Shown in pieces: positions 13,411 to 26,230 of a stretch of DNA of 64,000 nucleotides (its first letter is position 1; each line of letters opens with the position of its first letter). The stretch lies in assembly GCF_023055435.1 (NCBI RefSeq), contig NW_025964346.1, positions 2,108,001 through 2,172,000 of the forward strand, read 5' to 3'. The notes beneath the pieces were generated by a model. That model worked only from the letters and a program-made list of their open reading frames with translations. It did not search any database and had not been told where the DNA came from. Source of the stretch: Haliotis rufescens (lineage: Eukaryota). A program made the translations under genes and the position numbers.

Positions 13411-14237
13411 GGGGAGGTTTTCTTAACCAGAATACCCACAGAGAACACAAAAACTTTATCATCAAGATTGGGGGTTGGCTCTATCAGGGAGATTGGGGGT
13501 TGGCTCTATCAGGGAGATTTTGGTTGGCTCTATCAATGAATCTTTATTCATGGTACTTATGAGGCCAAAGGCCTATAGTACAATGTGTGGGGCGTCATAC
13601 AAATTCATACATTTTCTGGCACCCTCCTCCATGGCATGATAAATGAACATTGATAGATTTGTAATAGTTTCTGTACAATCACAAGTCATTAATTTACAAA
13701 ATTTGTTACCGTTTGGGTTGCGGTAGAAATTATACCACCATCCTGACACCGCCTACCGCACCTCCCGACACTGCCACCCCACCCCCGACACTGCCACCCC
13801 ACCCCCGACACCGACACCCCCCAATGCCAACCCTCTACTGCCAAACTGATATAATATTTAACTGATATCATGTTCAACTGATACAATGTTCAACTGATTG
13901 ATCTAACAGATTCATATCAACATTTCATCGTAAGTGCACTGTTACTGTAGAGCCAACTGGCCACAGTAACCAGTTTTCACTGACAGTGCTTGTTGTATAT
14001 GATTACTAATATATCAGTTTTCCGGATATTCCTGCTGAAGTATCGGCAAGGAAACCTATGTGAATGTGTGGCGGTGCCTATCGGTGTCAGCTTGCTTGCA
14101 GCAGACAGATTAAGTCAGATTGGCAGATCCCAGGAACGTGGTGATGCCGGGCGATGTCGCCATCCATCACTGTGATGTCCCCTCTCTGCCAGACACTCAC
14201 TGCCTGCCCGGTTACAATCATTATTTCCTTCACTTAC

Positions 14238-14245
14238 ACTTGCTA
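14238..14245 (-). CDS. Gene A candidate exon 4, 8-nt microexon TAGCAAGT (phase 1-0): (L)AS; an alternative 45-nt form ends at 14201
   Basis: T-rich acceptor ttttttgctgttgttatggatgtgttcctag|, donor agt|gtaagt; needed to restore frame between exons 3 and 5. Confidence 0.45.
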
Positions 14246-14840
14246 CTAGGAACACATCCATAACAACAGCAAAAAAGCAATTTGATAAAAAAGAAACACC
14301 AAAAAGTGCTAGTTTAAATCGCAAGAGCGCTACAAGAAGTTTTTTCCATGGGAGATATATCTTCATCTTCAATCAGCATCAGTGAAGACCATCAGACCAC
14401 ATGGCTGTGTCTTCTCCCTTCATCAACCCTAGACATGCTAGAAGCAAGGCAAATCACCTGGGGCTGGGGGTGGGGGAGCCTTGGGGGGGGGGAGCCGGGG
14501 GGGGAGGACACCTCATAATGACAAATCTATGTATTGTGCAAATGAATAAGCTTCTTGGAAAGAGACAATAAAATCAGTCCTGCATTTGCTCCAGGCAGAG
14601 AATTCCACCAAGTGCTGTAATCCATGTGATATTGGATTCCTGAGACAATTGTTATTGTGCCAAGGAACTGGAGACGTGGACTATTGGGGCCCCCTATTAT
14701 TTATGTTGACTTTAATCAGCGGGAGTACCACCATGTTATAGACTCCCAGAGAAACCCAGCATCACTGAGTAGCTAAACAGACCATAATTCCGCCATGGGA
14801 TATGAGGAAATAATACCTGCCTCAGCTCCCAGCTACTTAC

Positions 14841-14948
14841 ACTGATTTACATACTTGATAAGCTGAAACCCCTGCTGGCACAGGCTGACATCCCATGCTT
14901 CCAGCCTTGACTTACTGACCAACACAGGGAACAATCCAATAGTGACAG
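14841..14948 (-). CDS. Gene A exon 3 (phase 1-1): [36 protein letters not shown]
   Basis: Acceptor gtggtggcag|, donor agt|gtaagt; only this frame is open; G-x13-W-[DE]-x-x-L shared with gene B exon 41921. Confidence 0.8.
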
Positions 14949-14956
14949 CTGCCACC

Positions 14957-15487
14957 ACAGAGACAGACCAACACAGACACAGACCAACACAGACCGACAC
15001 AGACAGACACAGACCGACACAGACCAACACAGACAGACACAGACCAACACAGACAGACACAGACCAGCAGACAGACACAGACCAACACAGACTGACACAG
15101 ACCAACACAGACTGACACAGACCAACACAGACAGACACAGACTGACACAGACCAACACAGACAGACACAGACTGACATAGACAGACACAGACTGACACAG
15201 ACCAACACAGACCAGCAGACAGACACAGACCAACACAGACCAACACAGACTGACACAGACCAACACAGACCAACACAGACCAACACAGACAGACACAGAC
15301 AGACACAGACCTACACAGACCAACACAGACCAGCAGACAGACACAGACCAACACAGACTGACACAGACCAACACAGACACAGACTGACACAGACCAACAC
15401 AGACAGACACAAACTGACACAGACTGACACAGACTGACACAGACCAACACAGACAGACACAGACAGACACAGACAGACACAGGACAC
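14957..15487. repeat. ACACAGAC-based low-complexity array immediately upstream (on minus) of the exon 3 acceptor
   Basis: Direct reading. Confidence 0.9.
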
Positions 15488-16152
15488 AAATGGCACTGCT
15501 GCTTGAGATAGAAGAAACTGACACCAGAGGGACATCAATGACATGTTACAGGTTCTACTACACCAAATCAGAACCAGTTTGGACAGTGCGGTTTTCGTAG
15601 GGAGCCTTCAGTGCAGATCGAGAGATTTCTGCAGGCTGTGATTGGAGGATATTCTGTAAGATTTTTATGTCTTTCAAATGTACATCCATCCAGTTATTAA
15701 AACCGACCATGTTTTTCTATATTTAGTACTGTCTTTTTCAACATGATGACTTATGCTGAATGTGACCACAGCTATTTTCAAGTAGGTGACATTTGGTGTG
15801 AAACTTCCTGTACTCAGAAAAGGAGCTGGCTAAGCTAGTCATTTTTTATTTCTTTATTGCTGCTCTAAGGCCAAACTGTGCACACACGTACAGGTAATAG
15901 CTGTTGAATGCTTAGTTATTTTTAAAAAAAATATAACGTTACTATAGAAGTCAATGGGAAAACATTTGGTTGTGTGTAACCTGTACAGGACAGGTCAAGA
16001 GGGAACACATGTTGCATGACAGGTCAAGAGGGAACACATGTTGGAACAGTCTAGACATAAATCTAACACTGGCTGATGTGGGGCGATACTTGGTCAGATG
16101 GTTACATTGATAATTGACTTCTCAAAAGGCTACTTCCACCCATTGACCTTAC

Positions 16153-16273
16153 AGGACAAGCCATGTTTATTGTGCATCATCTCCAGAAGCTTGGCTGTGC
16201 TGTCCCACATACATGGAGGATTAAAAGTCTGAGAACAGTTCCCGTGTGACGCCCGTGAAGACAACCCCTCCTG
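16153..16273 (-). CDS. Gene A exon 2 (phase 0-1): QEGLSSRASHGNCSQTFNPPCMWDSTAKLLEMMHNKHGLS
   Basis: Tandem acceptor tgttgtag|cag|, donor cct|gtaagg; 121 nt links phase-0 exon 1 to phase-1 exon 3. Confidence 0.8.
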
Positions 16274-16824
16274 CTACAACATGCAACTCCTGCCACGGTA
16301 ATCACACTGCTGGTAGTGGGAATGAATATTCAGACATGATCACAGGATCCACAGACCTGGCGGTGATGAGAACTTCATATTGGCAGGGCGTGAACTCGGG
16401 ACACTGACTCCTAACATTAACATCGGATCACATGGACCGCAGATCACATGGACGAGTGCCTGCTGTCCTCCACTCCAGTAATTGACACGGCGAACCCTCC
16501 TAAGCCAACTCAAGTAGAGATTAGACATGACAGCGATACTGTCACCATAACTCGCCTGCTCGGACTGCACACAGTCATTGATGTGTTACAACTCTGTGTG
16601 TTCACAGCTTAAAGTAAATGATCCCAATTCATTCAGCTGATGTCTTCAAGCCACACAATAGTATATCCTGCTTGTAACACACACATTGCATTAAGAACAA
16701 TGATCTCTGTAGAGACCTGAAGGTTTCAGCTAGAAAGATTTACTTTTCAAACCCACAACACCGATCCACTCAGCAAAGTGGTCTTGACAGCTTCACAGAC
16801 GGGGACTTCTACACCACCGACTGT

Positions 16825-17541
16825 CCGTCACCACAGACACTGCAGTCCTCACATTCCGTCACCACAGACACGGCAGTCCTCACATTCCGTCACCACAGAC
16901 ACTGCAGTCCTCACATTCCGTCACCACAGACACTGCAGTCCTCACATTCCGTCACCACGGACACTGCAGTCCTCACATTCCGTCACCACAGACACTGCAG
17001 TCCTCACATTCCGTCACCACAGACACTGCAGTCCTCACATTCCGTCACCACAGACACTGCAGTCCTCACATCTGTCACCACAGACACTGCAGTCCTCACA
17101 TTCCGTCACCACAGACACTGCAGTCCTCACATTCCGTCACCACAGACACTGCAGTCCTCACATTCCGTCACCACAGACACTGCACTCCTCACATTCCGTC
17201 ACCACAGACACTGCAGTCCTCACATTCCGTCACCACAGACACTGCAGTCCTCACATTCCGTCACCACAGACACTGCAGTCCTCACATTCTGTCACCACAG
17301 ACACTGCAGTCCTCACATTCCTTCACCACAGACACTGCAGTCCTCACATTCCGTCACCACAGACACTGCAGTCCTCACATTCCGTCACCACAGACACTGC
17401 AGTCCTCACATTCCGTCACCACAGACACTGCAGTCCTCACATTCCGTCACCACAGACACTGCAGTCCTCACATTCCGTCACCACAGACACTGCAGTCTTC
17501 ACATTCCGTCACCACAGACACTGCAGTCCTCGCATTCCGTC
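16825..17541. repeat. 31-bp minisatellite CCGTCACCACAGACACTGCAGTCCTCACATT, ~23 copies
   Basis: Direct reading. Confidence 0.95.
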
Positions 17542-17594
17542 AGCTTGTTTCCCAATCACACGGATTGGTCGTCAATATCTAGAAAGTATGTCTT

Positions 17595-18758
17595 CAGGTT
17601 GGATCTACAGTACATTTCTCTACCATTTAATTCCGGGTGAATCTAGAATACAATTAGTAAATGTCCACAATACAACTCAGGGTGGCTCAACCATTCAGGG
17701 TGCGTCGACAATACAATTCAAGGTCGGTCTACAAGACAATTCAAGGTGGATCTCCAATATAATTCAGGATGGATCTAAGATACAATTCAGGGTAGATCTA
17801 CAATACCAGTCAGGGTGGGTCTACAATACCTGTCAGGGTAGGTCTACAATACCAGTCAGGGTGGATCTACAATACCTGTCAGGGTAGGTCTACAATACCA
17901 GTCAGGGTGGATCTACAATACCAGTCAGGGTGGATCTACAATACCAGTCAGAGTGGATCTACAATACCAGTCAGGGTAGATCTACAATGCCAGTCAGGGT
18001 GGATCTACAATACCAGTCAGGGTAGATCTACAATACCAGTCAGGGTGGGTCTACAATACCAGTCAGAGTGGGTCTACAATACCAGTCAGGGTGGATCTAC
18101 AATACCAGTCAGGGTGGATCTACAATACCAGTCAGGGTGGGTCTACAATACCAGTCAGGGTGGATCTACAATACCAGTCAGGGTAGATCTACAATACCAG
18201 TCAGGGTAGATCTACAATACCAGTCAGGGTGGATCTACAATACCAGTCAGGGTAGATCTACAATGCCAGTCAGGGTGGATCTACAATACCAGTCAGGGTA
18301 GATCTACAATACCAGTCAGGGTAGGTCTACAATACCAGTCAGGGTAGATCTACAATACCAGTCAGGGTGGGTCTACAATACCAGTCAGAGTGGATCTACA
18401 ATACCAGTCAGAGTGGGTCTACAATACCAGTCAGGGTGGATCTACAATACCAGTCAGGGTGGGTCTACAATACCAGTCAGGGTGGATCTACAATACCAGT
18501 CAGGGTAGATCTACAATACCAGTCAGGGTGGGTCTACAATACCAGTCAGGGTGGATCTACAATACCAGTCAGAGTGGATCTACAATACCAGTCAGGGTAG
18601 ATCTACAATACCAGTCAGGGTGGGTCTACAATACCAGTCAGGGTGGGTCCACAATACCAGTCAGGGTGGATCTACAATACCAGTCAGGGTGGGTTTACAA
18701 TACCAGTCAGGGTGGGTCTACAATACCAGTCAGGGTGGATCTACAATACCAGTCAGGG
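17595..18758. repeat. 23-bp minisatellite TACAATACCAGTCAGGGTGGATC with a degenerate left edge
   Basis: Direct reading. Confidence 0.95.
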
Positions 18759-18796
18759 TTTTATCACAAGCACCTTTAAAGCAACCAGTTCTAGCC

Positions 18797-18958
18797 GCCA
18801 TGAGCTGAGGACGGGAGAGTTCAACGAGATGACACAGCCATGAGCTGAGGACGGAAGAGTTCCACAAGTTGACACAGCCAGGAGCTGAGGACGGAAGAGT
18901 TCCACAAGTTAACACAGCCAGGAGCTGAGGACGGAAGAGTTCCACAAGTTGACACAGC
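18797..18958. repeat. 40-bp tandem repeat, 4 copies
   Basis: GAGCTGAGGACGG at 18802, 18842, 18882, 18922. Confidence 0.9.
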
Positions 18959-19709
18959 GGTGGTGTCGAGTGTCTCACTTCATTGTGGGCAAGAAATGAA
19001 CATTAGCAAGGAAAATATAAAATACAACAGATTTGTTTTCTGGTGTTCATCCTCTAGGGACCACCAGATGGTTTAGCCTTTAAGCTCCATGATCTAGTGT
19101 TTTCTCTTGGGCAGACATGGCAGAAGCAGGTTTCACAAGGCAATATAAGCTTGGGTCAGTTGTCACGGAAACTGAGAAGTACTCTAACTGCGTCAACTAG
19201 TTTGCATTGCAGATTATTCATAGGTTTTTTCAGTTTTCATAAAACATTCCAGAGAGACACTCTGAATAATTCTATAACAAAGTGGGTCATGACTGACATA
19301 TAACTGGGAGAGAGTTCATCTACAATCAAACATTGACGTCCATATTTTGTTGACATTCAGCAATTCAATATGTCCACAACCGATAATATTGACAAGTATT
19401 CATATTTTTCAATATATGTACCATTTGATGAAACTTCTTAACAGCAACATTGTTTTTTAACAACTTCTTTTTATTCATATTATTTAAAACAATTCTGTGA
19501 TAATATATCTCTGTTTTTTTCACAAGATGACAGTGAGTTATGCAGCAGGAAACTGCACTGTCAGCATATTCCACTGGGAGGCTTGTGTGGAACCAGAACT
19601 AATCAAAGTACCACGGTAGCCCAATGGGACATGTGTTCATTTGTTGTGCCACACACATGGGTTCGTTTCTCCTCCTGGTTAAACTAGAACCCCTACCCTG
19701 TAACTTGGT

Positions 19710-19915
19710 GTAGTGTGAGTGAGGGAGTCTAGTGTGAGTGAGGGAGTCTAGTGTGAGTGAGGGAGTCTAGTGCGAGTGAGGGAGTCTAGTGCGAGTAAGG
19801 GAGTCTAGTGTGAGTGAGGGAGTCTAGTGCGAGTGAGGGAGTCTAGTGTGAGTGAGGGAGTCTAGTGTGAGTGAGGGAGTTCAATGCCACTTTAAACAGT
19901 ATTTCAGTTATATTA
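19710..19915. repeat. 19-bp array GTCTAGTGTGAGTGAGGGA fused to a minus-strand SINE-like tail remnant
   Basis: Array is followed by GTTCAATGCCACTTTAAACAGTATTTCAG, similar to the reverse complement of the SINE tail at 48730-48780. Confidence 0.7.
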
Positions 19916-19942
19916 CAATGTGTCAGGCTTCAGGTGGGAGGA

Positions 19943-20450
19943 CATCTTCCTGAGGCAAGGGAGTTAACTGACTGTAGATGTCCAGGTTCGACCATTGCCG
20001 AACTTGCCTGAAATTCTGGAGTAACATTTTGGAGGGACTCATGAGTCTAGGCTTCGTCCAATCAAAAACTAGATATCTGGTTCGTAAATAACATGGATTT
20101 CAACTTGCAGATTTGGGTCGAATTGCAAAACATGTGTACCGCCAACTGGGCGTTGATAGATATTTTGCACATCTTTTCATGTTCTTAATCAAGGTGCTCA
20201 AGTGATCTGATTACAAAATAGATCTTAATTATCGATCAGATTGTCTTGACTGGACACCGCCATTTTGTTTGAAGCAAATGCAAGTGATATGAGAGATGGA
20301 ATCTGATTGGTCAAAAGGAGGGATATAGAAGCGACAAAACTCATTATAGCCACTGATGGTGCTATGAGCAAGCCTGGAAATCCAGTGTAGTTCAGCAAGG
20401 GTGGAAACTGGACTTGTATAGTCAATTAACTCCCTTGACTCAGGAAGATG
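19943..20450. mobile_element. 508-bp MITE / non-autonomous DNA transposon with 62-bp TIRs and 9-bp TSD (GTGGGAGGA)
   Basis: TIR CATCTTCCTGAG..GAACT at 19943-20004 versus its reverse complement ending at 20450 (53/62 by my count); TSD at 19934-19942 and 20451-20459. Confidence 0.9.
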
Positions 20451-21205
20451 GTGGGAGGAGTGGTGGGGAAACCCCTGAGGGTGGGGAAACCCCTGAGGGT
20501 GGGGAAACCCCTGAGGGGGGAGATGGTGCCAACAAACCTTCAAACAAAAGGAGAATTAATCTTGGATTCAAACAAACCCCAATCCCAGTATTTGGCACAT
20601 CCAAGGGAGGCAATTCCTCATGGCACATCGCATTACCTTGACCACTGGACCACCTTTGCCCCGTCAGTGGGGATGTCAAGTCTGGGACCACTACACACAT
20701 GTGTATCTGAACCTAATATGGGACACGTAGTATCTCCCCCCCCAGTCCATAGCTGCCACCTCAGGAGACAGCATAAGGCATACAAGTGCCCCCTACAGAC
20801 TTGACCCAGTCCCAAACATACCCCACAAGTAAACATTACAGGTGCCCTAGCCCCTCAACCCCTCCCCCCCCAACCACATGGAGGGGACCCTGTGCCACTG
20901 ATGACATCCCTCCAATAGAGTAGGTAACAGGTGCCCCTCCCCCTGGCCGACACTGCGACCATGCCCCACCCCCACGGCCGACACCGCAACCCTACCCTAG
21001 GTCACAGCCTACCGGTGAGCGTACCCCATACACTGAACCGCATATAAACATTCCTCCCGTTGACTAGGTACCAGCCGCCCTACCCTGCCGCCCCACCCTG
21101 CCGCCCTACCCTGCCGCCCACCCCCTCGGCTGTCTCCCTACCCCTGGCCATTCATTGAACCACATGTTAACATATTCCTCAGATAAAGAAGCGAGACAGC
21201 CTTAC

Positions 21206-21421
21206 CTTAGAGCTCTGTACAATATCCAGCGTGACTGACTTGTTGAGGTGGGGTACCCGCAGCACCTGGGTCACGACGTCTGGGGGTGAGGCCGCGGTAG
21301 GGTCTGCGGGACTCCCCGACTCCGCTGTCGCTGCCGATAAGGGTGCTTGACCATCCACGTGAAGGACCCACGACAACGTTAACATCCAGAAAAAGAAACT
21401 GTCAAATAATTCTCTCCTCAT
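21206..21421 (-). CDS. Gene A exon 1 (start, phase 0): MRRELFDSFFFWMLTLSWVLHVDG-QAPLSAATAESGSPADPTAASPPDVVTQVLRVPHLNKSVTLDIVQSSK; signal-peptide-like
   Basis: A-rich start context aacaaaATG, hydrophobic core then V-D-G cleavage-like site, donor aag|gtaagg, 216 nt. Confidence 0.85.
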
Positions 21422-22400
21422 TTTGTTATTTCTCTGCAGGTGTTGTTGCATACTTTCCAGGTAAATAGCAGCATTCCGCGTGTCGACACAGCGCGAATCA
21501 CAGGTACAGCCCAGGTATAGAGCGTCTGTGACTGTCACAAGCCCTTATCCTTGAAAGACCCACGCCCTCCGCAATAAGACGCTATCTGCAACACGTGCGG
21601 ATTCTATCCGATCGAATTAGTGTTGTTTGATACCTATATTCGTTCCGTGTGTACAAGTTGTGTTTTGTGGTGAAAATCCGAAACTTCTTTGTATCGGCTT
21701 GAGTTTTCTCAGTCTTTATCAACTTCGTAACAAGTTATGACATGACACGACTGGGGGGTCAACGTGCTTCATGGAACAGCCGCTGTCCAAACGCAAGGGC
21801 TGGTAGTTTTAGGGCCCTGCGAGTGACAAGGGTGCTTTATTGACTGACAGTGACAGAAATGGGGGACTGCGGCATTGGAATGGTACTGTGAGGGACGGTG
21901 ACAGCTGTATATCAGCGTTCAGGAGCCAGCGCCGAAACAATAAGGGTTCGAGGTATGTAGGGGTGTCTGCACTGGTATTCAGAGCATGGGTCGCTTGCCC
22001 ATGTTGACACTGGGGTAGTTTATCAGTGAGAGTAGATATACCGCCTAATGTTGTAGCATACCAGCTAATGTTGTAGCATACCACCTAATGTCGTCGAGAC
22101 CATTTCGTGTAGCATGCACATTTACTCTGAAAACTCGCTCACATGTAATACCAGCACCCAACATGACAGCGTTCACTGGAGGGGAAATGTTACATAGTTG
22201 CATGTAAGTATCTAGCGTTGTGTATCTGTGCAGTGTGTGTACAGACAATTCACTCTCAACACTGTCGTGGGTGTGTCGGGGGGTTGTGTTGTTCACGTCA
22301 ATAGCGTTACAACAGTGCGAAAACTCATTACCGCTAGTCACAAGTTGAAGTACGCAACCCGCGCGAGAGTTTGGCTCCGACAAGCGATCACCTACACGCT
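21422..22400. promoter_or_regulatory. CpG-rich putative bidirectional promoter / 5' region between genes A and B; possible plus-strand first exon ending at 21952 (gag|gtatgt)
   Basis: Unique sequence, visibly CpG-rich, between divergent gene models; TSSs not determinable from sequence. Confidence 0.5.
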
Positions 22401-22647
22401 GCTGTTTATGCTTCAGCCTCATTGTCACGTCAGTCAATTATTAGCTTGTTTGATCAGCGTGAACACTTGGTTACGCTTAATTTCTCCATGCTTATTCCGT
22501 GTTATTGTGCCTCGGAGGTTTCACGGAACAAGTGAAAGGCATTCAACATGTGGCCCGTGACCGCTCGCGTAGAGGTCTTGTCAACACAGGTGAAAGGTCA
22601 ATTAAAAGCACGTGCCACGTGCAGATACAGTATCTAGTGATTGACAG

Positions 22648-22774
22648 GTGTTTGTCAAGTCAAGTTGTACTAGAAATAGACTACCAGCTGCCATCTTTTT
22701 GGGTGACATGCACACAGAGGCCAGAATCCACACACGATCGAGCTGATCATTTCACTGGTTTATATGTTTATCAG
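22648..22774 (+). CDS. Gene B candidate early exon (ends phase 0; acceptor uncertain): (R)CLSSQVVLEIDYQLPSFWVTCTQRPESTHDRADHFTGLYVYQ
   Basis: Open frame 22481-22795, donor cag|gtcagt in phase with exon 25462; start codon not located. Confidence 0.5.
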
Positions 22775-22816
22775 GTCAGTACCCCCTCTTTCTGAGTGTG
22801 AGTGAGTTGGTTAACT

Positions 22817-25272
22817 GATGTACCACAATGTACCATGTACCAGCTCTGTAATGTTTTGTTTGTTTGTTTGTTTAACAGCACACTCAGCAATATTCCAACT
22901 TTATGGCGGCAGTCTGTAAATAATCGAGTCTAGACTAGACAATCCAGTGCTTGACATCATGAGCATCGTTCCACACAATCGTGATAGGATGACATGTATC
23001 AACCAAGTCGGTGAGCCTGACCACCCGATCCTCTTACGACAAGCATTGGGTTGCTGAAGACCTATGTACCACAGTGTACCATGTACTAACTCTGTGATGT
23101 ACCACAGTGTACCGTGTAGCAGCTCTGTGATGTACCACAGTGTACCATGTACCAGCTGTTATTTACCATGTACCACCTGTGATGTACCATGTATCATCTC
23201 TGATGTACCACAGTGTACCATATACCAGCTTTGTGATGCACCACAGTGTACCATGTACCAACTCCGATGTACCACAATGTACCATGTACCAGCTATGTGA
23301 TGTACCACAGTGTACCATGTACCAGCTCTGTGATGTACCACAGTGTGCCATGTACCAGCTGTATGTACCATGTACCAGCTGTGATGTACCACAGTGTACC
23401 ATGTACCAGCTCTGTGATGTACCACATATTACCATGTACCAGCTCTGTGATGTACCACTGTGTACCATGTACCAGCACTGTGATGTACCACAGTGTACCA
23501 TGTACCAGCTCTGTGATGTACCACAGTGTTCTGTGTACCACCCTTAGATGTACCACAGTGTACCATGTACCAGCTCTGTGATGTACCACAGTGTACCATG
23601 TACCAGCTGTGATGTACCACGGTGTACCATGTACCAGCACTGTGATGTACCACAGTGTACCATGTACCAGCTCTGTGATGTACCACAGTGAACCATGTAC
23701 CAGCTCTGTGATGTACCACAGTGTACCATGTACCAGCTGTGATGTACCACAGTGTACCATGTACCAGCTCTGTGATGTACCACAGTGTTCCATGTACCAG
23801 CTGTTATGTACCATGTACCAGCTGTGATGTACCACAGTGTACCATGTACCAGCTCTGTAATGTACCATAGTGTACCGGCTGCCAGCTCTTATGTACCATG
23901 TACCAGCTGTGATGTACCACAGTGTACCATGTACCAGCTCTGTGATGTACCACAGTGTACCATGTACCAGCTCTGTGATGTACCACAGTGTACCATGTAC
24001 CAGCACTGTGATGTACCACAGTGTACCATGTACCAGCTCTGTGATGTACCACAGTGTACCATGTACCAGCTGTTCTCTACCATGTACCAGCTGTGATGTA
24101 CCACAGTGTACCATGTACCAGCTCTGTGATGTACCATAGTGTACCAGGTGCCAGCTCTGTGATGTACCACAGTGTACCATGTACCAGCTGTGATGTACCA
24201 CAGTGTACCATGTACCAGCTCTGTGATGTACCATAATGTACCATGTACCAGCTGTGATGTACCATGTACCAGCTCTGTGATGTACCACATTGTACCATAT
24301 ACCAGCTCTGTGATGTACCACTTTGTACCATGTACCAGCTATGTGATGTACCACAGTGTACCATATACCAGCTCTGTGATGTACCACAGTGTACCATGTA
24401 CCAGCTCTGTGATGTACCACAGTGTACCATGTACCAGCACTGTGATGTACCACAGTGTACCATGTACCATCCCTTTGATGTACCAGTGTACCATCCCTGT
24501 GATTTACCACCGTGTACCATGTACCAGCTCTGTGATGTACCACTTTGTACCATGTACCTGCTATGTGATGTACCATAGTGTATCATGTACCAGCACTTTG
24601 ATGTACCGCAGTGTACCATGTACCAGCTATGTGATTTACCACCGTGTTCCATGTACCAGCTCTGTGATGTACCACTGTGTACCATGTACCAGCTATGTGA
24701 TGTACCATAGTGTATCATGTACCAGCGCTGTGATGTACCACTTTGTACCATGTACCAGCACTGTGATGTACCACCGTGTACCATATACCAGCTGTGATGT
24801 ACCACAGTCTACCATGTACCAGCTCTGTGATGTAACACAGTGTACCATGTACCAGCTATGTGATGTACCAAAGTGTACCATATACCAGCTATGTGATGTA
24901 CCACAGTGTACCATGTACCAGCGCTGTGATGTACCACAGTGTACCATGTACCATCCCTGTGATGTACCACCGTGTACCATGTACCAGCGCTGTGATGTAC
25001 CACAGTGTACCATGTACCATCCCTGTGATTTACCACCGTGTACCATGTACCAGCTCTGTGATATACCACAGTGTACCATGTACCAGCTCTATGATGTACC
25101 ACAGTGTACCGTGTACCAGCTCTGTGATATACCACATTGTACTGGTTGCCAGCTCTATGATGTACCACAGTGTACCATGGAACCAGCTCTGTGATATACC
25201 ACAGTGTACCGTGTACCAGCTCTATGATGTACCACAGTGTACCATGTACCATCCCTGTGATGTACCACTGTA
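22817..25272. repeat. 33-bp minisatellite TGTGATGTACCACAGTGTACCATGTACCAGCTC, interrupted by a SINE-like copy
   Basis: Direct reading. Confidence 0.95.
22853..23062 (-). mobile_element. SINE-like family 1 copy inserted after the first unit of the 33-bp array
   Basis: (GTTT)n tail at left; body matches the 50240-50475 and 11581 copies; array unit on both sides. Confidence 0.8.
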
Positions 25273-25461
25273 TACTTTTCGCTGGCAGTTATGTGCAGAA
25301 CAACTCCACTCCGCCATGCAGGCATCAAAGGATCTGGGTTAAGAGTGAAAATGATTGATGTGAATTTTAGTTTTATGAATTTCATTGAGCTGCCAGAGGG
25401 AATTATTTTTACATTATATCATAAGAAGGCTTGATGGAAATCGGTTTGATCATAAATTCAG

Positions 25462-25690
25462 ACAAAAAGTGAGAATACCTTCAAATATGTATTGAGCATC
25501 AAGACTGACAGTGGTTCAGACACGACCATCTGGTCTGAACATGGAATCAGGCCCCTGGTGCTCCAGGTTCAGACACCAGGAAATCCCCCATCATCTCAGC
25601 AATGTAAAGTGGAACATGTGATGGTTGATGTTGATCGGGAGACGTGTGGCTGTAGCGTGGGAGCCATTCATCACACTAACTGTCACCTTG
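25462..25690 (+). CDS. Gene B exon (phase 0-1): TKSENTFKYVLSIKTDSGSDTTIWSEHGIRPLVLQVQTPGNPPSSQQCKVEHVMVDVDRETCGCSVGAIHHTNCHL
   Basis: Acceptor aaattcag|, donor ttg|gtcagt, 229 nt open, bounded by in-frame stops just outside both sites. Confidence 0.65.
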
Positions 25691-25855
25691 GTCAGTCTTC
25701 AGCTTGACTCCCACCTCTGCCCAATGGGGGCTGTAACTACATGATATACACACCAAATGAAATAAAGGTGTCGTTGTCTTATTTTTATCTGTCGTTTCGT
25801 CCCAGCCGGCCATTTACTGCCGACATGAAGGTCTCGACACCACATGTTTCCCTAA

Positions 25856-26230
25856 TCTGCCCTCCCCATGTCCTCGCCTGCCGCCCCACGTCCTTGCCTG
25901 CCCCCTGCCCCCACACGTCCTCGCCTGCCGCCCCACGTCCTCGCCTGCCACCCCACGTCCTCGCCTGCCACCCCACGTCCTCGCCTGCCGCCCCACGTCC
26001 TTGCCTGCCACCCCACGTCCTCGCCTGGCGCCCCACGTCCTTGCCTGCCACCCCACGTCCTCGCCTGCCGCCCCACGTCCTTGCCTGCCCCCTGCCCCCA
26101 CACGTCCTCACCTGCCGCCCCACGTCCTTGCCTGCCACCCCACGTCCTTGCCTGCCACCCCACGTCCTCGCCTGCCGCCCCACGTCCTCGCCTGCCCCCT
26201 GCCCCCACACGTCCTTGTCTGCCCCCCCAC
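25856..26230. repeat. 20-bp GC-rich minisatellite CCCCACGTCCTCGCCTGCCG
   Basis: Direct reading. Confidence 0.95.

Noticed and set aside
16825-18758. CRISPR-like appearance of 23-37-bp repeats
   Set aside because: Head-to-tail repeats without unique spacers, no cas genes, eukaryotic context.
19612-19680. tRNA gene
   Set aside because: Only loose A/B-box-like remnants and no cloverleaf; probably a decayed SINE head.
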